The notes beneath the pieces were generated by a model. That model searched no databases. It had not been told where the DNA came from and saw only the letters and a program-made list of their open reading frames with translations. Of a DNA stretch of 64,000 nt, positions 1-13,075 are shown piece after piece (the stretch's first letter is position 1; each line of letters opens with the position of its first letter). This stretch comes from Antedon mediterranea (lineage: Eukaryota; Animalia; Echinodermata). The position numbers were made by a program, and so were the translations under genes. The stretch is taken from contig NC_092670.1 of assembly GCF_964355755.1 (NCBI RefSeq), positions 34,956,388 through 35,020,387 on the forward strand, given 5' to 3'.

Positions 1-277
1 AAGTATGTCACTGTTTAGTCAGATTTAATACCACCCTGGCCTAAGCATGACCTGTATTTTATTAATGGTTTTACTAATATTACAATAATATACAGATCCT
101 GCACCCCAACAAACTACTATGTAAATTATAAAGCATTGTTACAGTAAAGCTATCCACTTATTCTATTCAATATGTGCTGTATAAGCGTAGTGTATAGGCC
201 TATACGTCGATCAATCAGAGATATAATAATAAAAAATGTATAGGCCTAACATTAGATATCTCCTTAATTGATCTAAC

Positions 278-533
278 ATGGGATATTAAAGTTTGACCAG
301 CTCCGTGGTGTGGTTGATCCATGATTTAGGAGCAAATGGACCCAGGGCCTACAAATTAAAAAATTGGGGTGCCGAACCTATAATTATAGCCTAATGTCAT
401 ATCATTTTCTACAAAATGCGACTGGTTTCTCCACCCCCTTATGGAATATTAAAGGTGGACCAGCTCCGTGGTGTCGTTGATCCAGGATTTTGGAGGAAAT
501 GGGCGCAGGGCCTAAAAAAAAAAAAAATAGGTG
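278..533. repeat. Two-copy diverged direct repeat (~163-bp period)
   Basis: atgg(g/a)atattaaag..gaccagctccgtggtgt.gttgatcca.gattt.ggag.aaatgg..cagggccta occurs at ~279 and ~441. Confidence 0.7.
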
Positions 534-1353
534 CTTTACACAACCTAATGCGACTGGTTGCACACCACTTGACCAGCCTAGCTATGTGCTTCCCTATAAT
601 ATTTAATATTATAAGCGGCTACTCACCCTACTTGGTTATTGGTTCTTGTTTAGTCCTACCGTTCCTTACTCCCTCCACAGAAAACTGAAGTATCACTATC
701 AGGCAACTATGACTGCTCAGTTCATAACTTAAATCTTCCGGTTGTCTTAAATCACTGACTGCAGTTCAGCTCGCCAGCTTGTATCAGATAGCAGACAACA
801 GACAAGGATGGTAAGAGGAAGGAAAAGGGTAAAGTGTGGACAGTAAAGCCCCGGGTGTGAAAATGCCTTGACCTTCTAACAAATTAAGTGGATGGGGGGA
901 TTTCTAAATATGAATCGGCCTAGATCTAGACATAAATGGCTAAACTTGCTAGTATGCCGAGCCGATGCCGAGTCAAAAAAGTGTTTGATTCGCTTCAGTG
1001 AGAAAGCAATGCGCAGAATTGCCAGTACATTTGTGTTGTAACACCCAGTGTCATTGGAGCGTTGTGTCTGTCATTTTATTTATGTTTTTTATGCGGCCAA
1101 CCGTACCAACGGGAAGATTATTATACAACGTTCCTGCAATTTATATATTACTGTACATTTATTTCATTTATTTACGCGGAACTTGTACAAATAACGAATA
1201 AATCATTTTTAAAATCAGTGTTTAAAAATAAATCGTACCCGGATAGTCCTTATCGTATATACAGTACATTTTTATACAAAACATTATTACACCGTAGGCC
1301 TACATATCTTTTTGCAAAAAAAGGTAACGTGGTGCAAAATGCGTATTTAAGAA

Positions 1354-1738
1354 GAGTTGCGGCTGAGATGTCAAGCTATAACTCTTTTTCCAAAAGAACT
1401 TGCACCCATGGTTTTTACATAGCAATCGTAATTATTAAGAGATGCAGCAGTTTTACACGTGCCGTCCACTATATCTATGTCTTACTATTCGTTGCACAGC
1501 CGATAAAGTAGGCTATTACTCGATCTATCAAACATTATTTTATAGACTGCAAGAGTTACGGACACGATGATACCAGATATCAACTTTGGTAGAAAATACG
1601 ACACGTGGATACAGTTTTAATATATCAGGATGTTAATAATTACGGTTGCTATGTAAACACCATGGGTGCAAGTTCTTTCAGGAAAAGGGTTATATCGTTA
1701 CAATTACATGTCAACTAGTTACGTCTCAGCCGCAACTC
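1354..1738. mobile_element. MITE-like element with ~85-bp imperfect inverted arms
   Basis: gagttgcggctgaga...aagaacttgcacccatgg..tttacatagcaa.cgtaattatt (1354-1437) is inverted at 1633-1738. No clear TSD. Confidence 0.6.
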
Positions 1739-2057
1739 CAATATTCAATCTAGTAAATGTTATATTCCACCAGTAAGCCTACGGCAAACTTTTTAATTGT
1801 CAGTCAGGAGGGAATCATATAATTTCACTCGAAAAAGATACGAAGGAATCCGGCGCTGTTACAACCGTTAATGTAGAAAACGCCAGCTTATGTCGAAACA
1901 ACCGTTAATGTAGAACAATCCACCGCTTATGTAGTAAAACCTCCAGCTTATGTAGAAACACCAACAGCTTATGTAGTAAATAAAAACCAACACCAGCTAA
2001 TGTAGAAACGGTCAACAGCTTATGTAGTAACGAAAATTGCCTCCCAGCTTATGTAGT

Positions 2058-5000
2058 CAACTATGTTGACCTATAACTATAGCTACTCAAAGCTACTTAA
2101 CCTGAGACAATATGCTGGAAAAATTACTACTGCGGTTGGAAGTGTTTTGAAAGACTTGGGAATTTTCCATTATAGAGGTACCCGTGGTGGACGCAAGTCA
2201 AAATTTCACACAAAGAGTAATAAAGATATAGATTCTAAAAACCTTTCTAACATAAACAAGAAAGTACAAGAAGCAGTTAGGAAAAAAAAGCCTGCAAAAT
2301 ATTTTCATTGGCGAGCAGGACAGAATAATGTTAATACCTGCTCAGATGACTTCTTACTACATGAAACCCTCATTCAAATTAAAGCAGCAAACCTTGACAT
2401 CGTGTGTATGCAGGAAGTGAGACGGATTGGTACCGGTGCAATCTCACATGAGGGCTACAATGTATACTGGACTGGACTGAAAATCAAAAAGATGTATGGG
2501 GTTGCTATTGCCATCAAACAGTCACCCCATATCAAAGTGTCTAATGTTTATTATGTTTATGAACGTCTAATGGCAATAGACGTCACAATAAAAAATTGTA
2601 AATTAAGAATTGTGTCTGCGTACTCTCCTACGGAATCCGGTTCAGAATCATCAAAGGATATTTTCTATGCAAAACTCTCCAAAGTAACAAGAGTCGAGAA
2701 CAACACAAAACTCTTACTGATGGGAGACTTTAATGCAACATCAACAATAACAACCAGAAAATCACTCTTTGATGGAAACCTACATAGATTTCAAGACACA
2801 GATGACATTAGTAACGACAATGGCACAAGACTCATCAACTACTGCTCTGACTTCAAGCTATGCATACTGAACACCTGGTTTGACCATCCAAACGTTCATC
2901 GGATCACTTGGCATAGCAACGATGGTGTTACAAAGAAAATACTAGATTACAACATATGTGATCACTGGTTGAGGAAGTATGTTACTGACACAAGAGTCTA
3001 TAACAACTATTATCTTTCGTCGGATCATAGAATCCTTGTGAGTAATATGACAACACCAGCCAACAAAGCAGCCAGGTGGAAGAAGCATAAAAAGAAAAAA
3101 CAGAGCAAGAGAGCCAACATGAGTAAACTTAAAGATCGAGAAGTAAGAAATAATGTTAAAACAAAGATAGAAGAAGAAATTAATAAAATTACTTCTCCTG
3201 AAAAGACAACAACCACTACATCAACTGAGCGCTATACAACACTTATGACAGTGCTAAATAAGGCAGTTGAAGAAGTCCCGAAGAAAACAAGAAACCAAAA
3301 TGCTCATCCCTGGGATGGTGATGAAAGACTACAACAGCTTATAAAAGAAAGAAAGAATATTAACAAAAGCATAGTTACCTACAAAGAAGAGGAGATCAAG
3401 GCTATGCAGAAAGCAATTAAGATAAGGGTGAAGGAACTACGGAATGAATATTTGTATGAAGAAGCAAGCAAGTTAAATGAAGCCCACCAAAATAGAAAAA
3501 TATTTGATTTATGGAGAAAAGCTAAGGAGCACGGTGATGTTATAAGAAAAGCACCAAAGCCTATAAAATGTCCTGGATTACGTGAACACTTTAAAGATCA
3601 CTTTAATCCAGACCAATCTAGCCTTAAAATCCCAGATGAAATTAGCATACCTCCAGAATATATTATCAACCTGAGACAACCAGAATTTGAGATGGACAAT
3701 GAACCTCCGTCCAAGAAAGAAATTATTGATGCAATCGGACATCTAAAAGGTCGCAAAGCTACCCTAGATGTCGCTTCTGAAATGTTGCAAGTCGCCACAG
3801 AGAACCCAGTATTCGTCGACCATGTACATAGACTGTTTGAGGAAATTTGGAGAACGAAAGAAGTACCAAGTGATTGGGGACTGTCCAAATTAACAACCAT
3901 TTGGAAAAAAAAAGGCAGTCCACTTGATCCATCAATGTATAGAGGAATATCAATTGGGTCTACATTTTCAAAGATACTTATGGTTATCATTCTTTCACGT
4001 TTTTCCATCTTTTATGAAAGTCAACTTCTACGCACACAGTTTGGATTCAGGTCCAACAGAGGGTGCAATGATGCTATATATGTAATCAAGCAGATCCAGG
4101 AAATTGCGTATCGCTCAAATCGCAAACTCTATACATGCTTCATTGATTTAACAGCAGCATTCGACCATGTGAATCGTAATCTTCTTTTCCTAAGCGTTCG
4201 TAATAGGTTTCACTTAAACCAGTCTACTACTATGATTGACATTATACAATCACTGTACAGCTCAACGAAAGCATACCTTGCTGACGACGATCCGAGTGAT
4301 GATAAGTTCGAAACATCTTCTGGGGTGCGACAGGGTGGTATTGAGAGTACCAGCATGTTTAACCAATATTTTGATTACGTTATTAGAGTGTTCAAACAAC
4401 GCTGTAAAGATGCTAGTTTGGATGGCCTAATGATACAATACCTAATTCCTATTGAAGCTACAAATCGTGCTCAAAGATGTAAAGCACCATCAAGGGGCAT
4501 CTATGACGACTTTGAAAGTGGCTATGCTGACGACTTTGCTGTAAGCTCCTGGTCACAAGAAGAACTGCAAACCATTGTGAACATCTTGAATAAAGTTTGT
4601 CTGGAATTTGGCCTAAGAATTAGTGCCCCCAAAACAGAAACCATTATATGGAACTGGAAAGAGGAAGTTGAAGAATACCCAAGATGCATCATACAAATTG
4701 GCGGCGTACACATTAACAACGTAACACACTTTAGATACCTTGGTGTATGGGCTACCTACAATGATGTTCATATTGGAGATCAAGAAGTAAAATACAGAAT
4801 CAATTCAGCCAAAGGAGCATTTGCAGAGAATAGGGCATTGCTTACCAACAGAACGATCCACCTACAAACAAGAATGATGTTTCTTAATGGTCTAGTTAGG
4901 AGTAGACTCACCTATGGTTGCCATGCTTGGAGGGCAACAGGAAGTGAAATGTCCAAACTTAGCACAACATACAAAACCTTCCTAAGACGAATGCTAGTGA

Positions 5001-5535
5001 ATGGCTTTCAAAGAGTCTGCCCACCAAACCATGTAGACATATCCTCAGATGAAGAAACAGATGAAAACTATATAGACTGGCGTTACGTAATTGATAATGA
5101 CGATCTCTACAAAATTACTGGCTGTCAACCGCTAGAAGAATATGTCTACAAGCAACAATTCAACTGGATCGGACATGTAATTAGAAAAGAAAATGAAGAT
5201 CCTACAAAAATTCTTACTTTTCACACAACACAAAGTAAACGAAGAGGTCGGAAGATACCATCAGTACTTGATAGAGTTGTACAACAAAGTCAACTTACTA
5301 GATGCAACTTCATTAGAGCCTGCTTCAACAGAAATTTGTAATTCCCAGCAATGTTTTAACTGTATATATGAACTGTTTTATAAGTTGTTTTGTGACTGTG
5401 TAATTTGGTAGTAGTCACTCTCATACTGTAGGCCTACATTTAAAAGTAACACATCCAAATGCCAACTTCAAGTCAATGGCTACCAGATGTCTCTGTGAGA
5501 CGGTTATTTGAACCAGTACCAGTACCAGTACCAGT
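2058..5535 (+). mobile_element. Non-LTR retrotransposon (RTE-like LINE) with intact ORF and (ACCAGT)4 tail
   Basis: It splits the foldback arm exactly at cttatgtagt|tactatcgcc. The 3' UTR has the hairpin GTCTC-tgt-GAGAC (5489-5501), followed by (ACCAGT)x4 at 5512-5535. Confidence 0.92.
2063..5341 (+). CDS. LINE polyprotein: AP-like endonuclease plus reverse transcriptase (1092 aa)
   Basis: EN motifs: NVN, MQEVR, YSPT, GDFNA, LDY, SDH. RT motifs: YRGISI, QFGFR, FIDLTAAFD, GVRQG, YADD, FRYLG. The C-terminal WIGHVIR is typical of RTE-like clades. Confidence 0.95.
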   Translation: MLTYNYSYSKLLNLRQYAGKITTAVGSVLKDLGIFHYRGTRGGRKSKFHTKSNKDIDSKNLSNINKKVQEAVRKKKPAKYFHWRAGQNNVNTCSDDFLLHETLIQIKAANLDIVCMQEVRRIGTGAISHEGYNVYWTGLKIKKMYGVAIAIKQSPHIKVSNVYYVYERLMAIDVTIKNCKLRIVSAYSPTESGSESSKDIFYAKLSKVTRVENNTKLLLMGDFNATSTITTRKSLFDGNLHRFQDTDDISNDNGTRLINYCSDFKLCILNTWFDHPNVHRITWHSNDGVTKKILDYNICDHWLRKYVTDTRVYNNYYLSSDHRILVSNMTTPANKAARWKKHKKKKQSKRANMSKLKDREVRNNVKTKIEEEINKITSPEKTTTTTSTERYTTLMTVLNKAVEEVPKKTRNQNAHPWDGDERLQQLIKERKNINKSIVTYKEEEIKAMQKAIKIRVKELRNEYLYEEASKLNEAHQNRKIFDLWRKAKEHGDVIRKAPKPIKCPGLREHFKDHFNPDQSSLKIPDEISIPPEYIINLRQPEFEMDNEPPSKKEIIDAIGHLKGRKATLDVASEMLQVATENPVFVDHVHRLFEEIWRTKEVPSDWGLSKLTTIWKKKGSPLDPSMYRGISIGSTFSKILMVIILSRFSIFYESQLLRTQFGFRSNRGCNDAIYVIKQIQEIAYRSNRKLYTCFIDLTAAFDHVNRNLLFLSVRNRFHLNQSTTMIDIIQSLYSSTKAYLADDDPSDDKFETSSGVRQGGIESTSMFNQYFDYVIRVFKQRCKDASLDGLMIQYLIPIEATNRAQRCKAPSRGIYDDFESGYADDFAVSSWSQEELQTIVNILNKVCLEFGLRISAPKTETIIWNWKEEVEEYPRCIIQIGGVHINNVTHFRYLGVWATYNDVHIGDQEVKYRINSAKGAFAENRALLTNRTIHLQTRMMFLNGLVRSRLTYGCHAWRATGSEMSKLSTTYKTFLRRMLVNGFQRVCPPNHVDISSDEETDENYIDWRYVIDNDDLYKITGCQPLEEYVYKQQFNWIGHVIRKENEDPTKILTFHTTQSKRRGRKIPSVLDRVVQQSQLTRCNFIRACFNRNL

Positions 5536-7330
5536 TACTATCGCCAGCTAATGTAGAAAATGTTATATATTTTACAAAAATGTCTAAATCATGTGCAAAT
5601 GCATCGATATTAACTTAGCTATCAGTCTTTCCACCTCTCGTAAGCAACCAACTTTCTAAAACGACCACACATCGTAAGCTACCATCTCTGTTAAGGGACC
5701 GCTTCTCATAATCGACCACCTCTCGTAAGGGATCACCTCCTCTCATAAGGGACCACTTCTCATAGTTGACCATCTCTCGTAAGTGACCACCTCTCTTAAC
5801 GACCACACCTCTCGTAAGTGACCACCTCTTTTAAGGGACCACGACCTCTTTCTCTCTATTAAAGGACCGCTTCTCATAATCGTCAGTGACAACTGTTTTA
5901 AAAGACCACCTCTCTTAACGACCCCACCTCTCGTAAGTGACGACCTCTTTTAAAGGACCACTTTCTCTGTTAGAGACTGCTTCTAATTATCGACCATATC
6001 TCGTAAGCGACCACCTTAACGACCACACCACTCGTCAGTGGCGACCTCTTTTAAAAAGCCAGCACCTCCTCTATTTAAGGACCGCTTCTCATAATCGACC
6101 TTCACCCGTTACATCGACCTCTGGAAAGTTACTACCTCTATTGAACGACCGCCGTCTCTGTTCAGGTGCCACTTCTCATCATTAACCATCTCCCGTAAGC
6201 GACCACCTCAACGACCACACCACTTGTCAGTGACGACCTCTTTTAAAGGACTACCACCTCTATTTAAGGACCGCTTCTCATAACCGACTTTGTCCGTCAC
6301 ATCGAGCTCTGGAAAGTGACTACCTCTATGGAACGACCACCGTCTCTGTTAAGGGGCCGCTTCTCATCATTGACCACCTCTCGTAAGCAACCACATTAAG
6401 AGATAGTCGATTATGAGAAGCGGTCCTTTAATAGAGAGAAAGAGGTCGTGGTCCCTTAAAAGAGGTGGTCATTTACGAGAGGTGTGGTCGTTAAGAGAGA
6501 TGGTCGCTTACGAGAGGTGATCGATTATGGAAAGCGGTTCCTTGTGAGAGAAGGTGATCAATTACGAGAGGTGGTCGATTATAAGAAGTGGTCCCTTAAC
6601 AGAAACGGTGGAAGTTCAATAGAGGTGGGCAATTCAATTGAGAAGCGGTCCTTTAATAGAGAGAAATATGTCGTGGTGCCTTAAAAAAGGTGGTCATTTA
6701 CGAGAGGTGGTCGCTTACGAGAGGTGCAGTGGTCGATTATTAGAAGCGGTCCCTTATGAGAGGAGGTGATCCCTTAGAAAGTTGGTTGCTTACGAGAGGT
6801 GGAAAGACTGATAGCTAAGTAAAGATCGATGCATTTGCACATGATTTAGACATTTTTGTAAAATATGTAACATTTTCTACATTAGCTGGCGATAGTAACT
6901 ACATAAGCTGGGAGGCATTTTTCGTTACTACATAAGCTGGTGACCGTTTCTACATTAGCTGGTGTTGGTTTTTATTTACTACATAAGCTGTTGGTGTTTC
7001 TACATAAGCTGGAGGTTTTACTACATAAGCGGTGGATTGTTCTACATTAACGGTTGTTTCGACATAAGCTGGCGTTTTCTACATTAACGGTTGTAACAGG
7101 CGCTATAAACATATTTGAACATGTATTACAATAGTGGGGGTGAGGGGGAGGTTGTTTGAAGATAAGACACGTGACAATGTTGACCCCCTCCGCCCCCCCC
7201 TCCCACACACAATCCCCCACCACTAGTTGCACTGAGGATTTAGCAACAATTCATGGTTATACACAAAACAAATGAATTTTGTCTGCAGAACACAATCGCA
7301 TCCTCTTACAAATGCAATATGAAAAGTATT

Positions 7331-7451
7331 TTTCATTTCATTTCTTTATTCGAATTCATAAAATAACACAACATAAAAAAAATACAAAGAATGAATTCAG
7401 GGTAACACAAAAAAGTAACCAAAGGTCAAACTTATTTCCATTGTGGCCCTT
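7331..7451 (-). mobile_element. 3' tail fragment of an L2/CR1-group LINE
   Basis: Minus strand reads ggaaataagtt...cttttttgtgttaccc...aataaa(gaaat)n. Confidence 0.4.
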
Positions 7452-8759
7452 ACATGGGCATATCACTACCATATTTGGGCACATAACACTTTTTGTCAAA
7501 CTAGTTTAATAGTGTAGACAGAGCTTAAGTTTCAGACAAGAATTCCCAACCAGACGATCAGTTGCATTGCATTTTTTTTCATAATCATCATTTTTAATTT
7601 TACGAGGAAACCGCCACTCCCAAGTTTATAACGACTTTATAATAGCGTGATCGATTTCTTCAAAACTCTTTCTGATTAATGTGCACGTCTAGATGGGTGT
7701 GTTATACAAATAACAAAACGTATTATATCGACAAAATAATGAAACATTGTGATATACATCATCATCAATGGGTCATTATGTTGAGAAGCGCGCGTGTGGC
7801 AGACAAACAATTATTAATGTTACAATACTGTCTTTTGTCTCCATTTATATTTTTTATCATCAAATGTGACATTAATTTCAATACCTTTTCATAAGTCGTA
7901 TTAGTCATTCGCATGAGTCATAGAAAATAATGTGTTACGAGGTACTACGGTAAATACAAGTCGAACTACATTAGTTTATGATAAACTATTTTGAAGTAGC
8001 TTTTGCGTCAGGGAGCTATAAGTTAATTAGTCAGATGTAGATTAATAAAATGTGGAAATGCCTATCCACCAAAGAAAAGCCACAGCAGCAACAACAACAG
8101 CAACAACAATAATGGTATTCTTATATTATAGCGTTTACGATGTTTCTAAACGCTTTACACACAAAAATGATCCATAAAATATCTTATAAGATAACAAACA
8201 AAAAAAGAGCAGAAGAACCATTTACACCATGTTCTCCAACATTTTGGAGCTACCATGATATATATGACTATGAGAGCTTGCCGGAACATATTCACAGGAG
8301 CTCGAATAAATACTACTTTCTAAAATAAAATGAATTGTTTTTATAACCGTTGTGCCCCCTCCTCACACCCTCAACTCAAAGTATTTAAGAGAGTAGTGGT
8401 GAGAGGAACAAAGAAGAACGAAAAGTAGTTCTACTAGGGGATCTTATTAGGCCACTACTTTGTTCTCCTCCATTCAGAAACTGCAAAAGAAGGAGGTTTT
8501 TATTCAACCACCGGTCTTTATCATCAGTGGTCTATTAAGTCATTAATGTGAATGATAAAGTAATTGTAATGATCGATGTTTAGGAATGTTTAGCGGAATT
8601 AATAACATCATCAAATTCTCGGCATCTTTGGAATGTCACACGTTTCCTTGAATTAACAGTTACTAATGAGATTCGTAATGGCATACTTATTAAAACCACG
8701 GATAAACCATGGAATTGTAATGTATGACCATTTAAAAATGTAATTAGGATACGTGTCTT

Positions 8760-9918
8760 TAAAACAATAACTCTGCGCGAAAACAGGTGTAAAAGAATAG
8801 ATGGAAAAAGGATGAACCACGATGACGTCACTAAAAATACTGTAAATAAACAAATGCAGAGCTTACGTTTTTGTATGCGTTAGAGTTAAACAAAAATGAA
8901 ACAGTTACTCTGAGCGAAAAAGGGTGTAAAAAAGGATGGGAAAATGATGAACCACGATGACGTCACTAAAAAGAGAGTTGGGTATACTGTACTCTGTAAA
9001 TAAACAAATGCAGATCTTCTTACGTTTTTGAATGAGGTAAAATTAAATAAATATGATGAAGAAAAAAAAAACCCGTGTAAAACACTATACCAAAAATCAG
9101 TTTATAATACCTCTAGGCCTAATTTCATTTGACTTTTTATTAACTGAAAACACGTAATAACTGAGCAATATTACATTATTCCCCAAAGCACACTTTACTG
9201 CTTTCGCAATTTAATCTACGTATATACCATAAATTAATTTCCGTAAACACAAACATTAACTTGCTTGTAATCAAAGATGTTAAAATAATGCTAAAATGAA
9301 ATTAGTGGGCAGTGACGTAACGGAACCAGAATTTCCAAACGTAGGCCTAAATGTAATTTCTCTATCTTTGTTTTGTGAAGTTATTTGTTGTTTGTTATCA
9401 ATAAAGAAAACAAGACGCAACCGACCAACATCCTATAACAAGAAGGAAATGCGTAGGACACTGTATGCAATAATACAATATAATATTCTATTTTAAGGAA
9501 ATTCTACGTCATTAGGGAACTTCCCGACTGCGTGTCTGGTCCGCACACTTTGGGGGCGATTATTATGATCGCTTATGATACCTTAGTTTCTTTGTCCCTT
9601 TTAGGTCCATACCACGAAGATTACACAAATAGTCGAACAGACTCACCGCAATTTCCTTTTTAAGTTCGAGATTAACAATCTTTTATGGATTTATTATATT
9701 TAATAAACCCTCCCAACAATTTGGTAAACTTGATTGATAAAGCAGAAACGTCTTGGGTTTAATTTAAATATAGCATTGTTTACAATATTGCAGCGCATAC
9801 AACAGATGAAAAATTATGAACCGCGATGACGTCACTAATATAAGAGTTGGTTAGGCCTATACTGAAAATAAACAAATGCAGGTCCTCTTACGTTTTTGTA
9901 TGCGGTAGAGTTAACAAA
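8760..9918. repeat. Three copies of a ~130-bp repeat, each with a TGACGTCA palindrome
   Basis: gatgaacc.cgaTGACGTCActaa...aaataaacaaatgcag...cttacgtttttg at ~8810, ~8945 and ~9815. Confidence 0.7.
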
Positions 9919-12082
9919 TATAAAACACATACTGGGCCAGTTATTATGCCCACAGCATTTTATCTTACCGCTTAATTTTTAGTATAGGTTCTGTCAGAGC
10001 GTCGTTAGGCATATCCACCACCAAAGGAAGAAAGGGGGAGGGGTAGGCATATACCTCTTTCTGAATTTAACCGCGATCTTTATCTTAAAACACGGTGATT
10101 GAATTATGATGAAACAGAAACTTGTTATGAACAATCAGAAAATGATGTGACGCATATGTAAATAATTATGAGAGCCCATAACGACAGGCGTTAATTACGT
10201 TATAACAAGGAAACATGGTTTCCAATTGCACGGTAAACAAGCACAAATACAATTTCCGACAAGTTTTCCGACCGCTTCTCAAATCAAAACAGACTATCAT
10301 ACACCGTAAACAAGAAAGATTTCTTACCAAAAAACACCGCTCGCTTGTTGACGTAACAGTTTTAAAGATATATTGTCCTCCTGAAATTTTTGTTTTCTTT
10401 AATTTTTTTTATGTCATTTTATGTCACATAATATTTCAAAAATAGAGGAATTATTTTACAACATATTGACGTTACACTTGGTTACCTTTCTGATGTTGAT
10501 GTAATATACATTTTTATATTATATTAAAGTGCCATCGCATATTCAGAGTGATCGCGTAGACTGTGCTATAGGCCTATTCTTTTATTAAAACATTCCCTAG
10601 ATATTTCAACAATAAATCATGTTTTTAATCTTTTAACCAAATTTAACGATTGTTTGAACAGAACGTGTGTTATTTCAAAAGAATCTATTTTGCGTCTGTA
10701 GTTTACCGTTGGGGACAATAATACTGCCTGATCTTTTGACACTATTTTGGTTCATAAACTGTCTCAATTCCCACGTAACAAATTTGAGATTTTTACTGAG
10801 TTGTTAGGCCTCCTACGTATACAGTACACGATTGTGTCGTTCGTGGTTTTTTCTTATAAAATATACCTTTGCAACGTCAGAATTGATAGCCCAAATCTGT
10901 ATCTAATTTGTCATTTTTTTATGTTAGTTTACCAAAAAAATGGAAAATAAAATGTGTTTGTAAGCTCAGGCATTATATGTATGAAACGCCGTATGTGCCA
11001 AAATATTTATCTTTTACTAATATTAAGTCGAAAAAGAACGTAGACTACAACATTGATTACCCTACTTGGCCGGCAGCAGCTATTCATATTCATATTCTGT
11101 CCTGATTTGTTGCATGTCATGTCAAGGTCGTAGTTTGTCTACAAAAAGCTGGCCTAAGACGACCTATGTCAAGTTTACGTCTTTTGCTCTTTGCGGATGA
11201 AATCAATTATTGTAGTCCACGATTGTGTACTGTCAGTGAGAGTTTTTTGTTGTTGCAATGAGAAGCGTTCTACTAGTATAGACATTCGGTTTGTGTTTTT
11301 AGGCAGACCCTGCGTCATCAAAACTACATTAAGCTGGGCATTAATAGGCCATGATTGGGTCGCAGCAGCACCCACTTGCACTTTTCTAGTAATAGTATAC
11401 TAGAAGAGAAATTGTTCTTTTTTTGTTGCTTCGAAAGTAATATTAGTCCAACTGAAATTATTTCAAAATAATCACATATACTGCTGATACATATAGTCGT
11501 GTTTTATTACCAACAAGCTGGTGCAAACGTAACATTAAATAAACTCATCCTTTACTAGGACAATCAGAAACCAGGTCAAAATCCAAACGTTAAAACACAT
11601 TAGGCCTATGACAGTACTACTATATAGTATATCTCTATATCCCTTATTAATATTAGTGAAACCACACTTCCATGGTGGTATAACCCCTAGGAGGATAAAT
11701 TCCATACAGTCATGTAATCTGGATTGGCCGTATCTTAAAAACACCTTGATCTCTTTTTATTTATCAATTTAAACAAAAGAAAGGAAACCATGGGCCAAGT
11801 AATGGCCCAACACAGACGCGGGAACCTCTTTACTTTCCCCTGAATAGGGGTGTCCTAAGGGTGAAGTTCTATTGTGCAGATGTTGCATGCTCAAAAGACA
11901 ACTATTCAGTCAGGGGGAAAATGGCAAAATGTTTCCTACTTTCTAGGATTTTTATCAGATAATCTATATTGTTTGACAACTCTTGTAACATGACCACAGT
12001 GCTGATTTTTCCATTTTCCCTCTAACTGGACACAGAACCAGTTGATGCCAAGTTACGGTAATGCCAAATTAGAGGATTTTTC

Positions 12083-12190
12083 CAGCGAGATGGACGTAAG
12101 CAACGCAAGCGAGTTGACCAATGACAAGCGACTGTTCGAAATCCATCGCTTGTGATTGGTCAAGTTACTTGCGTTGCGCCTTGTCCTTGC
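12083..12190. mobile_element. Palindromic MITE (PIF/Harbinger-like family, also at 29200)
   Basis: aacgcaag..gttgaccaatgacaagcga is inverted as tcgcttgtgattggtcaag..cttgcgtt. Confidence 0.6.
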
Positions 12191-13075
12191 TATATAAAAT
12201 ATCATTGGGATTTTATCAGTTCTCGTCTAAGCGTGATGTCAGTTCCGTTGAACAATACTCAATGTCAACACATAACATTATCAGTGTACGTGACCGGACG
12301 AAGTGGTGCTAAGCAATAACCTCATTACAAAAATATTACGACCTTTACATTTTAATTTCCACAAATTTAATTAGAAAACCTAGAAAGTATTATGGTCCCA
12401 ATTGAAAAAAATTGAAGGCAGAACTTGCTTTTAGACGAGTTACAAATTAAATCCAACATAGGGAATTTCCCAAGTGAGTTTTCACTAGAAAATCTGTATG
12501 GTTTTAATATTTAAAAAACTTCCGAAGAAGTGCTAAACAGTTATCGGTTAAAAGTAATGACGTATAAATTATTTTCACGACTTGCCGTGCGATTACGTGT
12601 CAATATACTAAAATGTTTCTGATTGCGCGTAGTCACGTGGTACGTCGTGAAACGAATAGTATTACACATAAACAGCCATTATTGTGCGATGTGTAAAATA
12701 GGCGTGGTACATATGGCTACAACATTAAATAAAATGTGACTACAGACCATGCGTTAGATGTATAAGCGAACCGACTGTGCGTTACGTGTATAAGAAGAAA
12801 TACGGCGGCGGTACGGTACGGTAAATACACATTTTACGGTTAAACAATTATCATTAATTTAAATAATTCTAATAAATATAAGTCATCATTTTTCTCCATT
12901 CAAGGCAACGCTCCAACGTGCACTAGGCCCAAAATTTACATATCATTAAAAAAAAAACGTCAACTTCAGGGCGCTGAACGGTCATAATCAAATGAACTGA
13001 ATGTCGTAATTCACAATGGCTCTGCATAATCGGTTGCAAAATGAGGGCGCTATAATATTTGAAGCGAATTTCACC

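Larger units (their letters stand above)
1857..7098. mobile_element. Non-autonomous foldback DNA transposon (TGT...ACA ends, 5-bp TSD, Ginger-like), interrupted by a LINE
   Basis: Ends are TGTTACAACCG (1857) and CGGTTGTAACA (7098). TSD GGCGC at 1852-1856 and 7099-7103. The left arm (1857-2057 plus 5536-~5660) is a near-perfect reverse complement of ~6773-7098. Internal gaccacctctcgtaag arrays flip orientation at ~6395. Confidence 0.85.

Noticed and set aside
1860-2057. CRISPR-like repeat/spacer appearance of the cagcttatgtag units
   Set aside because: The spacers are too short, the array is mirrored at 6900-7098 as a TIR, the context is eukaryotic and there are no cas genes.
3025-4719. Antisense and alternate-frame ORFs within the LINE
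   Set aside because: They are shadow ORFs of the long coding sequence with no independent motifs.
5615-6684. Short ORFs at 5615-5806, 5937-6185 and 6484-6684
   Set aside because: They are translations of the internal repeat array of the foldback element.
11175-11460. ORF considered as the final exon of gene A
   Set aside because: It has no similarity to gene B. Exon 13141-13076 is the paralog of gene B's last exon.
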